DNA of 64,000 nucleotides. It comes from an uncultured Acidobacteriota bacterium (GTDB lineage Bacteria > Acidobacteriota > Thermoanaerobaculia > Multivoradales > UBA5704). Below the pieces are notes generated by a model that saw only the letters and a program-made list of their open reading frames with translations, did no database searches and was not told the DNA's origin. This document shows, piece by piece, positions 1 to 12,088 of this stretch (position 1 is the first letter of the stretch; each line of letters starts with the position of its first letter). A program made the translations under genes and the position numbers. The stretch lies in NCBI GenBank assembly GCA_963700145.1, contig OY969474.1, positions 3,168,001 through 3,232,000 on the forward strand, written 5' to 3'.

Positions 1-2143
1 CAGTTACTCGGACGGCGCCTGTCCAATTGACCACTTGCTTCGGCGTCCCCTGCTCGTGAATGGTCATGTCCGGCACATCAGGGTCCGGCGGCCAAGGCTT
101 GTGTAGAAGCAGGTGAGTGTCGGGGCCGATCTGTAGGCTGAAGCGACTGGCGTGTGCCGAAAGGATCGAGGCGGTGGCGCTGTAGTAGATCAGCACGTAC
201 CCTTCGGGGACTAAGAAGTCCTTCGCCTCCATAGCGACCGCCTGCCCAAGACCCACCCCTTCCTTTATCAGCGAGATGCCGATGTACTTGTGGAGCTGCG
301 GCGGCGGCGTCACTCCGGCGACGTTGTAGCGGCTGGCATAGAGGAGATAATCGGTCTCGGTGATATCTGCGACCGTGAGCGGCCCGTCAGACGTGTTGAG
401 GAAGGCGGCCGGCGGCGTCGCATTCACCGACTTCAACGCGCGCCGGAGCTGCGAGGCCCGGAAGAAGGCGGCGGGCTCCGGCACGACGAACTCGAGCAGC
501 AGGCGGACGCCGTAGTTGTAGACCTGCGCCCGGTATCGCTTGTCCACCCAACGGTAAACTCCGATCACGTGGTCAGCGCCGGGTTGTGCGTTGTCCACCA
601 GATGAGTGTTAATCTCCTCGACTTCGTTCAAAGTCTTTGTCGTCCGCTCGGTTCGGGTCTTGATCTGCACTTTGCTGACGGACCGGTCCACTAGATCGCG
701 CGCGAAGTTGCTGCTGCTCTTCTGCGAGTCCTGCTTTGAGGTCGAGTAGGCGAAGTCGCCAGTAGCCGTAGTGACGACGGGACCGAAAGAGGCGGTGACC
801 GTGAGGCCCGCCTTGACGCTCATGTCTTCCTTGACCGTTTGTTCCGTCTCGCGCTTGAGCTCGAAGCGGTCCGTGGACTGCGTGTCGCGCTCGGTCTCCT
901 TCGTCTCTTCCACGGAGGCGAACAGGGTCGTCTCCGTCCGGTCGAGTTTCCGATGCTTCCGTTCCTTTGATTCACCCTTGAGCACGTTCTCAATATGGGC
1001 GACTTCGCCGGGTAGGTAGGCAAGGAGCGTCTGCTTGACGACCTTAAGGTCGCCGACACCGAGCGGCGTGATGTGCCCCGCCACGTTCACGTCGGGCGAG
1101 GTGCCGGGATCGTCGAGCAGCGCGCTGATCTTCGGGCCTTCATACAGGGAGGGCACTAGGATGCCTCTCAGCTCCCGCACGTACCCTTGGTACTCCCGGT
1201 CGTCAGCGAGGATGATGGCCTGCTCGCTCAGCTTCATCAAGTGCGACTGCAGCGCCTGGGCAGCATCAGTGACGGGCGATGTCTCGGCCACGCGTAACCG
1301 ATCCAGGATTGCCGCCTGCTCGCGAGAGATTTGGCCGGACAGCGCGTGATGCAGCGCTGGCGCGTTGCGCAGGTCGAACTCGCTGCGTACCCATCCGCCG
1401 GTCTGTTCTGTCGGGCCCGCGATCACCCGGGCAGTAAGGGCAGGCGCGGTCGCCACAGTCGCGAGCAGCCGCTCTGTGGCGTCGATCTCCTTTGCGAGCT
1501 CGCGCAGCCGAGTGCTGCGCTCTGGGTTGTTGGCTTCCCTAGGGCCGCCCTGGGCCGTAACACCCGTTGTGCCGGGCGCTGCCCCTGCTGGGAGCCGGAT
1601 GGAGTCATCGAACACGGTCGGAATTGCGGGTGTGGCGCGGAGTGCTTCCAGCGCTGCGGTCGGAGCGGGGTACTGGTCCTCGTCGAGGAGACGGGCGAAG
1701 TGCAGAACCCGAAGAGCTGCGATCGGCTTCTCAAGCAGCGGCCCGGCATCCGGCCCGGTAAGGTGGGCTGTGTAGAGCGCATCCCACGCGACGCGGAGAA
1801 GTTGCGGGTCGCGACCGGTGCGCGCGCGCGGCGCAGCCTCATTGAGCAATTCCCTCCCGTCGGGCGCGTGCTCGTCAGCGCTGAAGTTCTCATAGCGCAG
1901 CACAAGCTCGCGATGCGCCTCCGCCAGCGACTCGATTGGTGAGAGATCGAGTTCCCGCCAGCGCCCCGGGGCTACGCCGGAGTGCGATAGCTCGCGGGCG
2001 AGCTGCGCCAGCTTGACCGCGCCGTCCGGATTGTCGGCGCGCTCGTCGCGAATGATGGTACGGCGCGTCTCTTTCTCCGTGACGCGTTGCGCGGGACGAA
2101 CGGCAACGAACTTGAACAGGTCCGTTGTAATCGGCTCGGCCAT
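1..2143 (-). CDS. Large conserved hypothetical protein (3' end beyond window, >=714 aa)
   Basis: Not in the ORF track because it runs off the edge. ATG at 2143 after GGAGG; reads MAEPITTDLFKFVAVRP...ITPLGVGDLKVVKQTLLAYLPGEVAHIENVLKGESKERKHR...VYRWVDKRYRAQVYNYG; frame consistent at the points checked down to base 1. Confidence 0.8.
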   Translation of the reverse strand, partial: MAEPITTDLFKFVAVRPAQRVTEKETRRTIIRDERADNPDGAVKLAQLARELSHSGVAPGRWRELDLSPIESLAEAHRELVLRYENFSADEHAPDGRELLNEAAPRARTGRDPQLLRVAWDALYTAHLTGPDAGPLLEKPIAALRVLHFARLLDEDQYPAPTAALEALRATPAIPTVFDDSIRLPAGAAPGTTGVTAQGGPREANNPERSTRLRELAKEIDATERLLATVATAPALTARVIAGPTEQTGGWVRSEFDLRNAPALHHALSGQISREQAAILDRLRVAETSPVTDAAQALQSHLMKLSEQAIILADDREYQGYVRELRGILVPSLYEGPKISALLDDPGTSPDVNVAGHITPLGVGDLKVVKQTLLAYLPGEVAHIENVLKGESKERKHRKLDRTETTLFASVEETKETERDTQSTDRFELKRETEQTVKEDMSVKAGLTVTASFGPVVTTATGDFAYSTSKQDSQKSSSNFARDLVDRSVSKVQIKTRTERTTKTLNEVEEINTHLVDNAQPGADHVIGVYRWVDKRYRAQVYNYGVRLLLEFVVPEPAAFFRASQLRRALKSVNATPPAAFLNTSDGPLTVADITETDYLLYASRYNVAGVTPPPQLHKYIGISLIKEGVGLGQAVAMEAKDFLVPEGYVLIYYSATASILSAHASRFSLQIGPDTHLLLHKPWPPDPDVPDMTIHEQGTPKQVVNWTGAVRVT

Positions 2144-2470
2144 ATGATGTCCTCCATCGTCTCGATGCTGGACAGCCAAAGAGGAACTTTCAGGAGCCTG
2201 GAAGCGACCACTGCAGCTACCGCGAGTAGTGAGTAAAGTTTCAAACCTCGAGGTCCGCGTCCCCACTGTCGCCGACCCGGCGCTTGCCCCGGCGGGACAT
2301 CACGTCGTCTCGGATCCTCGCCGCCGGTCCCGTAAGGCGCAAGAAACATTCCGCGTTGGCCTTCACTCCACTCACGCGGGATCGCGAGGTGAAAACCGGC
2401 AGGCGGCGTCGAGAACTCCGGTCCAAGCCCTCAATGTCTTACAATTGCAGCAGACTCCCGAGCTTTTCTC

Positions 2471-3052
2471 ATGAGCGCAGGCGCTGCCCCCGACGACGTC
2501 ACAGGTCTCCTCTTTGCCTGGTCGCAGGGCGACCGCGCCGCGCTCGACCGGCTAGTGCCGCTCGTCGAGCGCGAGCTGCAGCTCCTCGCGCACCGCTACC
2601 TGCGCCGGGAACGCACGGACCACACGCTGCAAACCACCGCGCTGGTCAACGAGGCCTATCTGCGCCTCGTCGATCAGCGCGAGCCACGCTGGCAGAGCCG
2701 CGCGCACTTCTTCGGCATCGCGGCGCAGATGATGCGGCGCATTCTCATCGACCACGCTCGCAAGGTCGCCTACGCCAAGCGCGGCGGTGGTGCGCAGAAG
2801 GTCTCGCTCGACGAGGCATGCTTGCTCGCAGAAAGCCGCGCGTCCGAGCTCGTGGCGCTCGACGATGCGCTTACCACGCTCGCCCGGGTGGACGAGCGCA
2901 AGAGCCGGGTGGTGGAGCTGCGCTACTTCGGCGGCCTCAGCGTCGACGAAGCAGCGGAGGTCCTCGGCGTCCACCCTGACACCATCACCCGCGAGTGGCG
3001 GCGGGCGAAGACCTTCCTCCGCCGCGAGCTCGAAGCCGACGGCGGCGGTTGA
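2471..3052 (+). CDS. ECF RNA polymerase sigma factor (TIGR02999-type, kinase-associated)
   Basis: [24 protein letters not shown]...[16 protein letters not shown]...[10 protein letters not shown] signature; directly upstream of a Ser/Thr kinase. Confidence 0.93.
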   Translation: MSAGAAPDDVTGLLFAWSQGDRAALDRLVPLVERELQLLAHRYLRRERTDHTLQTTALVNEAYLRLVDQREPRWQSRAHFFGIAAQMMRRILIDHARKVAYAKRGGGAQKVSLDEACLLAESRASELVALDDALTTLARVDERKSRVVELRYFGGLSVDEAAEVLGVHPDTITREWRRAKTFLRRELEADGGG

Positions 3053-3059
3053 GCCGCCG

Positions 3060-5933
<2,874 letters not shown>

Positions 5934-5965
5934 CCCGTCCGCTCGCGTCGCCCTGCGCTAGCGGT

Positions 5966-7453
5966 CTACTGGCCCGCGGCGTGGGCGGCGAGCGGGAACG
6001 AGATCGTCTGGTCCTTCAGCTCGCGGGTGTCCAGCACCGAGTTCCTCGCGTCGCAGTTGCAGTTGAGGATGTTGCAGTCGGTGGAGAAGTTGGTGAGGCG
6101 GGCCTGGCTCTCCTCGAGCAGGAGGCTCACCGAGAGGTCGATTCCCTGCAGCCCCTGGCGCCGGCCGCCGGGCAGGCGGTAGATCGCGTACTGCTTGCTC
6201 TCCATCGCGCCGCGCTGGACGGGATAGGGCATCTGCAGGAGGTTGTCGCAGTTCGTCGACGGCCCGCCGTAGGCCCGGAGGTCGTTCACCGTCCGCATCT
6301 GGGGCATCTCGAAGCGCCAGCCGGCGACCTCGGTGGCGGGGTTGCTGATCCCCACCAACGTGGCGTCCTTGATCGTCACCTTGCTGCTGCGGCTGAACTC
6401 GGCTCCGGCGCTCAGCTCGACACCCCCCTTCGCGCCCTTGTCGTCGTAGCCGGCGGTGACCTTGCCGCCGAGGGAGAACTTGCTGCTGTAGGTGTACTCG
6501 TCCTGCACGCGGTCGGAGTCCGGGCCGTAGTAGACGAGCTCGAGGCCGTTGGTCTTCGGCGCCACCTTCACTTGCACCTTGGTCGCGAAGCGGTCCCGCT
6601 TGCACGAGGACTTCACGATCGCCCGGCAGTGGGTGTCGTTCTTTTCCCACTCGTCCCAGGGAAAGGCCGCGCTGTAGGTCGCGAAGTTCAACGGCTGCGA
6701 CGTCGTGGTGAGCTCGAAGATGTACCAGTCCTCGTTCTGCGCGGGGGAGTAGGCCGCCCACGACTTCACGACCGTGGCCATGCTCCCCTGGTCGAACTGG
6801 AAGCTGACCTTGCGCACGATCGCGCTGGTGAGATCGTCGATCGCCGGCCGGCCGCCCTCCTTGGCGGCCGTCAGCGCCCGGCGCGCCGGCGCGTCGGCCT
6901 GCGGCGCCTCGCGGACCCATTCCGCGATCGACGCCACCAGCGCCGCGTCTTCGGCCTTCTCCTCCGCCGCCGGCCCGTCGCCGTCGTCGAAGGCGACCCA
7001 GAACTCGGCCGTATCGGCCGCGGCGCCGCCCCGGCGCTGGAGCCCGATGGCTTCCAGCCGGGGCTCGCCGGAGGAGGGGTTGCGTGCCGACACACCCTCC
7101 GGGAGGTCGACCTCCCCGCCGGTCACCTCGTCGAGGAAGCCCTGCGTCTCGGCCGTCGGCTCCACGACGACCACCGGCAGGCCGGCTTCGTAGGCGGCCT
7201 TGATGCCGGCCACCGCGGTGCCGAGCCCGGCGCCGTCGCTGCCGTCGACGACGATCGGATGCTGGAGCCGCCCCTTCTCCGGCAGCGCGACGCTCTCGAA
7301 GGCCGACCCGAGCTCGTCGGCGATCCGCGCGAAGAGGTCCTTCTCCACGTGCGCCTTGATCTTCGCCGTCTCCTGCCCCCCCGCCGGGGAGACGACGAGC
7401 AGCCAAGCCAGACACAGCCACAGCGTTCTCGAAGACAAGCTACGAGTCGACAT
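5966..7453 (-). CDS. Secreted protein with leukocidin/alpha-hemolysin-like beta-pore-forming domain
   Basis: Signal peptide MSTRSLSSRTLWLCLAWLLVVSPAGG; YGPDSDRVQDEYTYSSKFSLGGKVTAGYDDKGAKGGVELSAGAEFSRSSKVTIKD resembles the amphipathic stem of the leukocidin/VCC family. Confidence 0.6.
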   Translation of the reverse strand: MSTRSLSSRTLWLCLAWLLVVSPAGGQETAKIKAHVEKDLFARIADELGSAFESVALPEKGRLQHPIVVDGSDGAGLGTAVAGIKAAYEAGLPVVVVEPTAETQGFLDEVTGGEVDLPEGVSARNPSSGEPRLEAIGLQRRGGAAADTAEFWVAFDDGDGPAAEEKAEDAALVASIAEWVREAPQADAPARRALTAAKEGGRPAIDDLTSAIVRKVSFQFDQGSMATVVKSWAAYSPAQNEDWYIFELTTTSQPLNFATYSAAFPWDEWEKNDTHCRAIVKSSCKRDRFATKVQVKVAPKTNGLELVYYGPDSDRVQDEYTYSSKFSLGGKVTAGYDDKGAKGGVELSAGAEFSRSSKVTIKDATLVGISNPATEVAGWRFEMPQMRTVNDLRAYGGPSTNCDNLLQMPYPVQRGAMESKQYAIYRLPGGRRQGLQGIDLSVSLLLEESQARLTNFSTDCNILNCNCDARNSVLDTRELKDQTISFPLAAHAAGQ

Positions 7454-7588
7454 TCTCCCTCCCTTTGACGGCCTTGCGGCCGAGCTGGATTGGCCGCCTA
7501 GCCTAACAATCTCGGCGGCCTGGCCCGAACCCTGAACGATCCACAGGCCGGGGGATTTGCGCGAACCGAATAGCCGGCCCGTGTTACA

Positions 7589-10189
7589 GTGCAACCGAAT
7601 CTTCCAACAGGGAGAGTTTTCTTGACCTTGATCGGCTCGATGGTGGGCCGTATCCGTGTGGAATCACTGCTCGGGCAGGGCGGCATGGGGGAGGTCTACG
7701 TCGGCTACGACGAGACGCTCGACCGCCGTGTCGCGCTCAAGTCGATCCTCGCCGACCGGCGGCTGCACGCCGACGCCAAGGCGCGCTTCCTGCGCGAGGC
7801 GCGGGTCCTGTCGCAGCTCGATCACCCGAACATCTGCCGCATCTACGACTACCTCGGGTGGGGCGAGCGCGACTTCCTGGTGCTCGAGCTGATCGCCGGG
7901 CGCAATCTTCAGACCGCGATCCGGGAGGGGCTCGCCCGCGACCAGCAGCTGCGCATAGCCGAGCAGATCGCCGCGGCGCTGGTGGCGGCGCACGCCGAAG
8001 GGGTGGTCCACCGCGACCTCAAGCCGGGCAACGTGATGCTGACCGAAGCGGGCGAGGTCAAGGTGCTGGACTTCGGCATCTCGCGGTCGCTGCGCGAGCG
8101 GCCGGCACCGCCGCCTCCCGTCCCGGCGGAGCGATCGCTCGAGCCGGCGTTGCCGCCCACGGAGCTGGCGCGCGGCGGCCCCCCGCGGGCGCCGGCATTG
8201 GCGGCGCCGACCTTCGTCGAAACCACCGGCGCGACGCTCGCGGAGATGCGCTTGCCCCGCCCGGAGGCAGGCACGGCCAAGGACGACGAGTGGCTGGAGA
8301 CCGAGGGCGGGAAGATCACGGGCACCATCGCCTACATGAGCCCCGAGCAGGCGCGCGGCGAGCCGGCCACCACGGCCAGCGACCTGTACTCCTTCGGGCT
8401 GCTGCTCCAGGCGCTGTTCACCGGCCGCCTCCCCCACCCGGCGGGCCTCGACAGCACCGAGCTCCTGGCGCGCGCGCAGCGCGCCGAGACGCTGCCGGTC
8501 GCCGGCCTCCCCAAGGAGCTGGCGGCGCTCGTGGAGCGGCTGAAGGCCGTCGCCCCGGCGTCGCGCCCGACCGCGATGGAAGCCGCGGCGCGGCTACGCT
8601 GGATCCGCGACGCGCCCAAGCGCCGGCTGCGCCGCCTGGCGGCCGCCGCCGTCCTCCTCGTCGCCGTCCTGGGCGGGGTCAAGTACACCCTGGACTTGCG
8701 GCGCGAGCGCGGCATCGCCGTCGCCGCGCGCCAGGAGGCGGAGCGCCGCCGCGACCAGGCCGAGGACCTGATCCAGTTCATGCTCGGCGACCTGCGCGGG
8801 CGGCTCGAGCCGGTGGGCCGCCTCGACGCCCTCGACGGCGTGGCGGACAAGGCCCTCGACTACTTCGCCACCCTGCGCTCGGAGGAGCTGACCGACGCCG
8901 ATCTCTTCCGCCGCTCGCGGGCGCTGACCCAGATCGGCGAGGTGCGGACCGCGCAGGGGAACCTGCCGGCGGCGCGGCGCTCGCTGCTCGAGGCCCACGC
9001 CCTGGCGCGGGACCTGGTCGCCCGGCAGCCCGACAACGGCGAGTGGCTGATGGGGCTGGGGGCGATCGAGTTCTGGATCGGCAACGTCCACTGGCTGCAG
9101 GGGGACCTGGCGGCCGCCGAGGACCGCTTCGAGGCCTACCTCGACGTCGCCGACCGCCTGGTGCGGCTCGACGACGTCAAGCCCGACTGGCGGCTCGAGC
9201 AGGCCTACGCGCACAGCAACCTGGGCTCGGTGCAGGAGGCGCGGGGGGACGTCGACGGAGCGCTCGCGCACTTCCACCAGACGGTCGCCGTCAAGCGCCA
9301 GCTCGTGCGCTCCGATCCCGCCAACGCGCGCTGGCAGAAGGAGCTCGCCAGCAGCCTCTCCTGGCTCGGCGAGGCGCTCCTCGGCCGCGGCGACCTGGCC
9401 GGGGCGAGCGAGCAGTACGAAGCGGGCCGGGCGGTGGTCGCGCGGCTCGCCGCTCTCGAGCCCGAGAACGCGCAGTACCAATTTCTGCTCGGCATCGCCC
9501 ACAACAAGCTCGGGTCGGTCCTCGAGAGCCTCGGCGCGGAGGCGGAGGCGCACCGGCAGTTCGAGCTGAGCCTCGCCGTGCACCGGCGGCTGGCCGAGCT
9601 CGACCCGGCCAACGCCGACTGGCGCCGCGAGCTCGCCGCCGCGCAGCAGCGGCTGGGTGTGGCCCTCGTCCACGGCGATGCGGCCGCCGGGCTGCGCCAC
9701 CTGCGGCGCGCCGCGCAGAGCCTCGGCGAGCTGCATCGGGCCGACGTCTCGAACACCGAGCGGCGGCTCGATTTCGTGCGCGCCCGCAAAGACCTGGGCC
9801 GCGGTCTGCTCGCCGCCGGCGACGCGGCCGCGGCCGCCGCGGAGGTGCGGGCGGCCCTCGCCGCGCTCCCGCCGATGGCGGCGGCGAGCGCCGACGACCG
9901 CCGGCGGCGGATCCTCGAAGCCGAGGCACTGGTGGTGCTCGGCGAGGCCGCGAGCGCCGCCGGGCGCACCGGCGAGGCCCATGCCGCCTGGCAGCAGGCC
10001 GCGGCCGTCCTGGAGCCGCTGGCCGCCGGCGGTCACGACCCGCGGGTGCTCGCGCCGTTTGCCCACGCCCTGCTGCGGCTCGGCCGGCGGGAGGAGGCGC
10101 GGCCCGCCGTCGAGCGGCTGCGGAGCAGCGGCTACCGGCGCCGGGACTTCCCGGCGGCGGCGCGGCAGCAGGCTTCTCAGAGCAGTTGA
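7589..10189 (+). CDS. Ser/Thr protein kinase with TM helix and TPR-rich C-terminal region
   Basis: GQGGMGEVY, VHRDLKPGN, DFG, GTIAYMSPEQ; TM LAAAAVLLVAVLGGV; helical repeats (P.N..WQ.EL). Start position uncertain. Confidence 0.92.
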   Translation: MQPNLPTGRVFLTLIGSMVGRIRVESLLGQGGMGEVYVGYDETLDRRVALKSILADRRLHADAKARFLREARVLSQLDHPNICRIYDYLGWGERDFLVLELIAGRNLQTAIREGLARDQQLRIAEQIAAALVAAHAEGVVHRDLKPGNVMLTEAGEVKVLDFGISRSLRERPAPPPPVPAERSLEPALPPTELARGGPPRAPALAAPTFVETTGATLAEMRLPRPEAGTAKDDEWLETEGGKITGTIAYMSPEQARGEPATTASDLYSFGLLLQALFTGRLPHPAGLDSTELLARAQRAETLPVAGLPKELAALVERLKAVAPASRPTAMEAAARLRWIRDAPKRRLRRLAAAAVLLVAVLGGVKYTLDLRRERGIAVAARQEAERRRDQAEDLIQFMLGDLRGRLEPVGRLDALDGVADKALDYFATLRSEELTDADLFRRSRALTQIGEVRTAQGNLPAARRSLLEAHALARDLVARQPDNGEWLMGLGAIEFWIGNVHWLQGDLAAAEDRFEAYLDVADRLVRLDDVKPDWRLEQAYAHSNLGSVQEARGDVDGALAHFHQTVAVKRQLVRSDPANARWQKELASSLSWLGEALLGRGDLAGASEQYEAGRAVVARLAALEPENAQYQFLLGIAHNKLGSVLESLGAEAEAHRQFELSLAVHRRLAELDPANADWRRELAAAQQRLGVALVHGDAAAGLRHLRRAAQSLGELHRADVSNTERRLDFVRARKDLGRGLLAAGDAAAAAAEVRAALAALPPMAAASADDRRRRILEAEALVVLGEAASAAGRTGEAHAAWQQAAAVLEPLAAGGHDPRVLAPFAHALLRLGRREEARPAVERLRSSGYRRRDFPAAARQQASQSS

Positions 10190-10230
10190 AACCCACGCCC
10201 GCTCGCGCGGGCTTTTCAAGAGGAGAGCAG

Positions 10231-10533
10231 ATGGCCGATATCACCGTCACCGTCACCGGTACCCCCCCGTCGGGGACCTACAGCCCCGCGGGACCGATCG
10301 TGGTCAGCCCGGGGACGACCACCATCCAGTTCCAGCGCGGCAGCGGCCAGAGCTGGGCCTTCGAGTCGCCGTACTTCACGACCTCTCCGTCGGGGCCGTT
10401 CACCATCGCCAGCCACTCCGACGGCCAGGTGACAATCACGGACACCGACCCGGGCGGGACGACCGTGGATTACGAGTACACCCTCTACACCACGGAAGGC
10501 CCCTTCGACCCGGAGATCATCAACAAGGGCTAG
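10231..10533 (+). CDS. Small beta-rich protein, DP-EP (DUF1888)-like
   Basis: AGGAGAG RBS; MADITVTVTG...VTITDTDPGGTTVDYEYTLYTTEGPFDPEIINKG, with C-terminal DP-x-I-I-N motif. Confidence 0.6.
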   Translation: MADITVTVTGTPPSGTYSPAGPIVVSPGTTTIQFQRGSGQSWAFESPYFTTSPSGPFTIASHSDGQVTITDTDPGGTTVDYEYTLYTTEGPFDPEIINKG

Positions 10534-11966
10534 CGCTGCCGGCGCCGGACGGTCCCGGCGGAAGGCTCGGCAGCTCTGCGCCGCATCATCCGCGCCGCGC
10601 TCAGCGCCAGCAGGGCGGCCAGCACCGTCAGGCCGAGCCCGTCGAGGGCCGGAATGGCCACGGCCGTGCCCGGCAGCTGGAAGGAGGTCGGGTCGTCCTC
10701 GGCCGCCGTCCCCGGATCGTCGGTCACCGCCGAGGCCTCGTTGGTGCCGTTGCCGTCGGCGTCGTAGGCGATCGTCCCCTGGTTGGAGATCGTCGTGCCC
10801 GGGCCGGCGCCGGCGTCGATGACGGCGTCGATGGTGATCGTCACCGAGGCGCCGTCGCCGAGCGAGCCGTTCCAGGTGACGGTGTTGGTGGCCACGGTCG
10901 CCGTCGCCGTGCCGGAGGTCGCCGTGGCGTCGACCAGGGTCAGCTCCGCCGGCAGGACGTCGGTGAACTCGTCGCCCGGGTTGTCGCCCTGGCTCTCGGG
11001 ACCGCTGTTGGTCAGCACCACGGTGTAGGTCACCGCGCCGCCCGGCACGAACGTGCCCGCCACGGTCTTGGTGCCCGCGAGCGTCGCCGGCGAGACCACC
11101 GTCGTCGAGGCGCTGGCGCCGTTGTCGGTCTCGTCGGGGTCGTCGCTCGAGGAGGAGACCGTGGCCGTGTTGAAGATCTCGGCGCCCGCGGCCCCGCCGG
11201 CGTCGACCGCCACGGTCAGGGTGAAGACCGCGCTGCCCACGTCGAGCGAGAAGATCGTGCACAGGACGTCGCCGGGGTCGCCCGGCGCCGGCGTGGCGCA
11301 CGACCAGCCTGCCGGCGCCGACAGCGACACGAACGTCGTCCCGGGCGGCAGCGCGTCGATCAGGCTGGCGCTGACCGCGGAGTCCGGACCGCCGTTGGTC
11401 ACCGTGATCGTGTAGACCAGCTCCGCCCCCGGCGTCACCGGATCGGGGTCGTCCACCTTGCTCACCGCGAGGTCGGCCCCCGGGGGCGGGCTGCCGACCG
11501 TCGTCGAAGCCAAGCCGTCGTTGTTGCCCTCGACGGGGTCGCCCTCCTCGGCGCCGGCCGTCGCCGTGTTCTCGATGACCGTGCCGGGGGCGAGGTCCGC
11601 GTCGACCGCCACGGTCAGGGTGACGGCGGCGCTGCCGTCCACGACGAGCGACGCCAGCGAGCAGTCGACCGTGCCGGCCGACCCCACCCCCGGCGCGGTG
11701 CAGCTCCAGTCGGGGTCCGCCACGAGCGAGAGGAACGTCGTGCCGGCCGGCAGGGTATCGGTGAGCGTGACCCCGGTGGCGTCGAACGGGCCGTTGTTGG
11801 TGACGACGATGTCGTAGGTGATGCTGCCGCCCGGCAGCACCGGGTCGGGGCTGTCGGTCTTCACCGTCTGCAGGTCGGCGGTCTGGGCGGCGGCGGGCTG
11901 CGCGGCCGGCAGACCGAGCGCGAGCGTCGTCAGCAGGATGAGCGACAGGCGAGAGACGTAGCGCAT
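10530..11966 (-). CDS. DUF11 repeat surface protein with IPTL-CTERM sorting signal
   Basis: Signal peptide; three ADL.V.K.D.PDPV.PG..L.YTI.VTN.GP-type repeats; C-terminal AIPALDGLGLTVLAALLAL...RRR. Confidence 0.88.
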   Translation of the reverse strand: MRYVSRLSLILLTTLALGLPAAQPAAAQTADLQTVKTDSPDPVLPGGSITYDIVVTNNGPFDATGVTLTDTLPAGTTFLSLVADPDWSCTAPGVGSAGTVDCSLASLVVDGSAAVTLTVAVDADLAPGTVIENTATAGAEEGDPVEGNNDGLASTTVGSPPPGADLAVSKVDDPDPVTPGAELVYTITVTNGGPDSAVSASLIDALPPGTTFVSLSAPAGWSCATPAPGDPGDVLCTIFSLDVGSAVFTLTVAVDAGGAAGAEIFNTATVSSSSDDPDETDNGASASTTVVSPATLAGTKTVAGTFVPGGAVTYTVVLTNSGPESQGDNPGDEFTDVLPAELTLVDATATSGTATATVATNTVTWNGSLGDGASVTITIDAVIDAGAGPGTTISNQGTIAYDADGNGTNEASAVTDDPGTAAEDDPTSFQLPGTAVAIPALDGLGLTVLAALLALSAARMMRRRAAEPSAGTVRRRQR

Positions 11967-12088
11967 GCGAAAGGTCCCGCAAGGATAGGGGATTGCTCGC
12001 GGCGCCACAACGGCCCGCCTGCGGTGGCGACGAAAAACCACCCACCCCCGGCGACATGTGAGCCGCGTCGCCGGGGGTGGGCTGGGAG

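Noticed and set aside
10530-11966. DNA repeats in this region
   Set aside because: Explained by protein-level DUF11 domain repeats.
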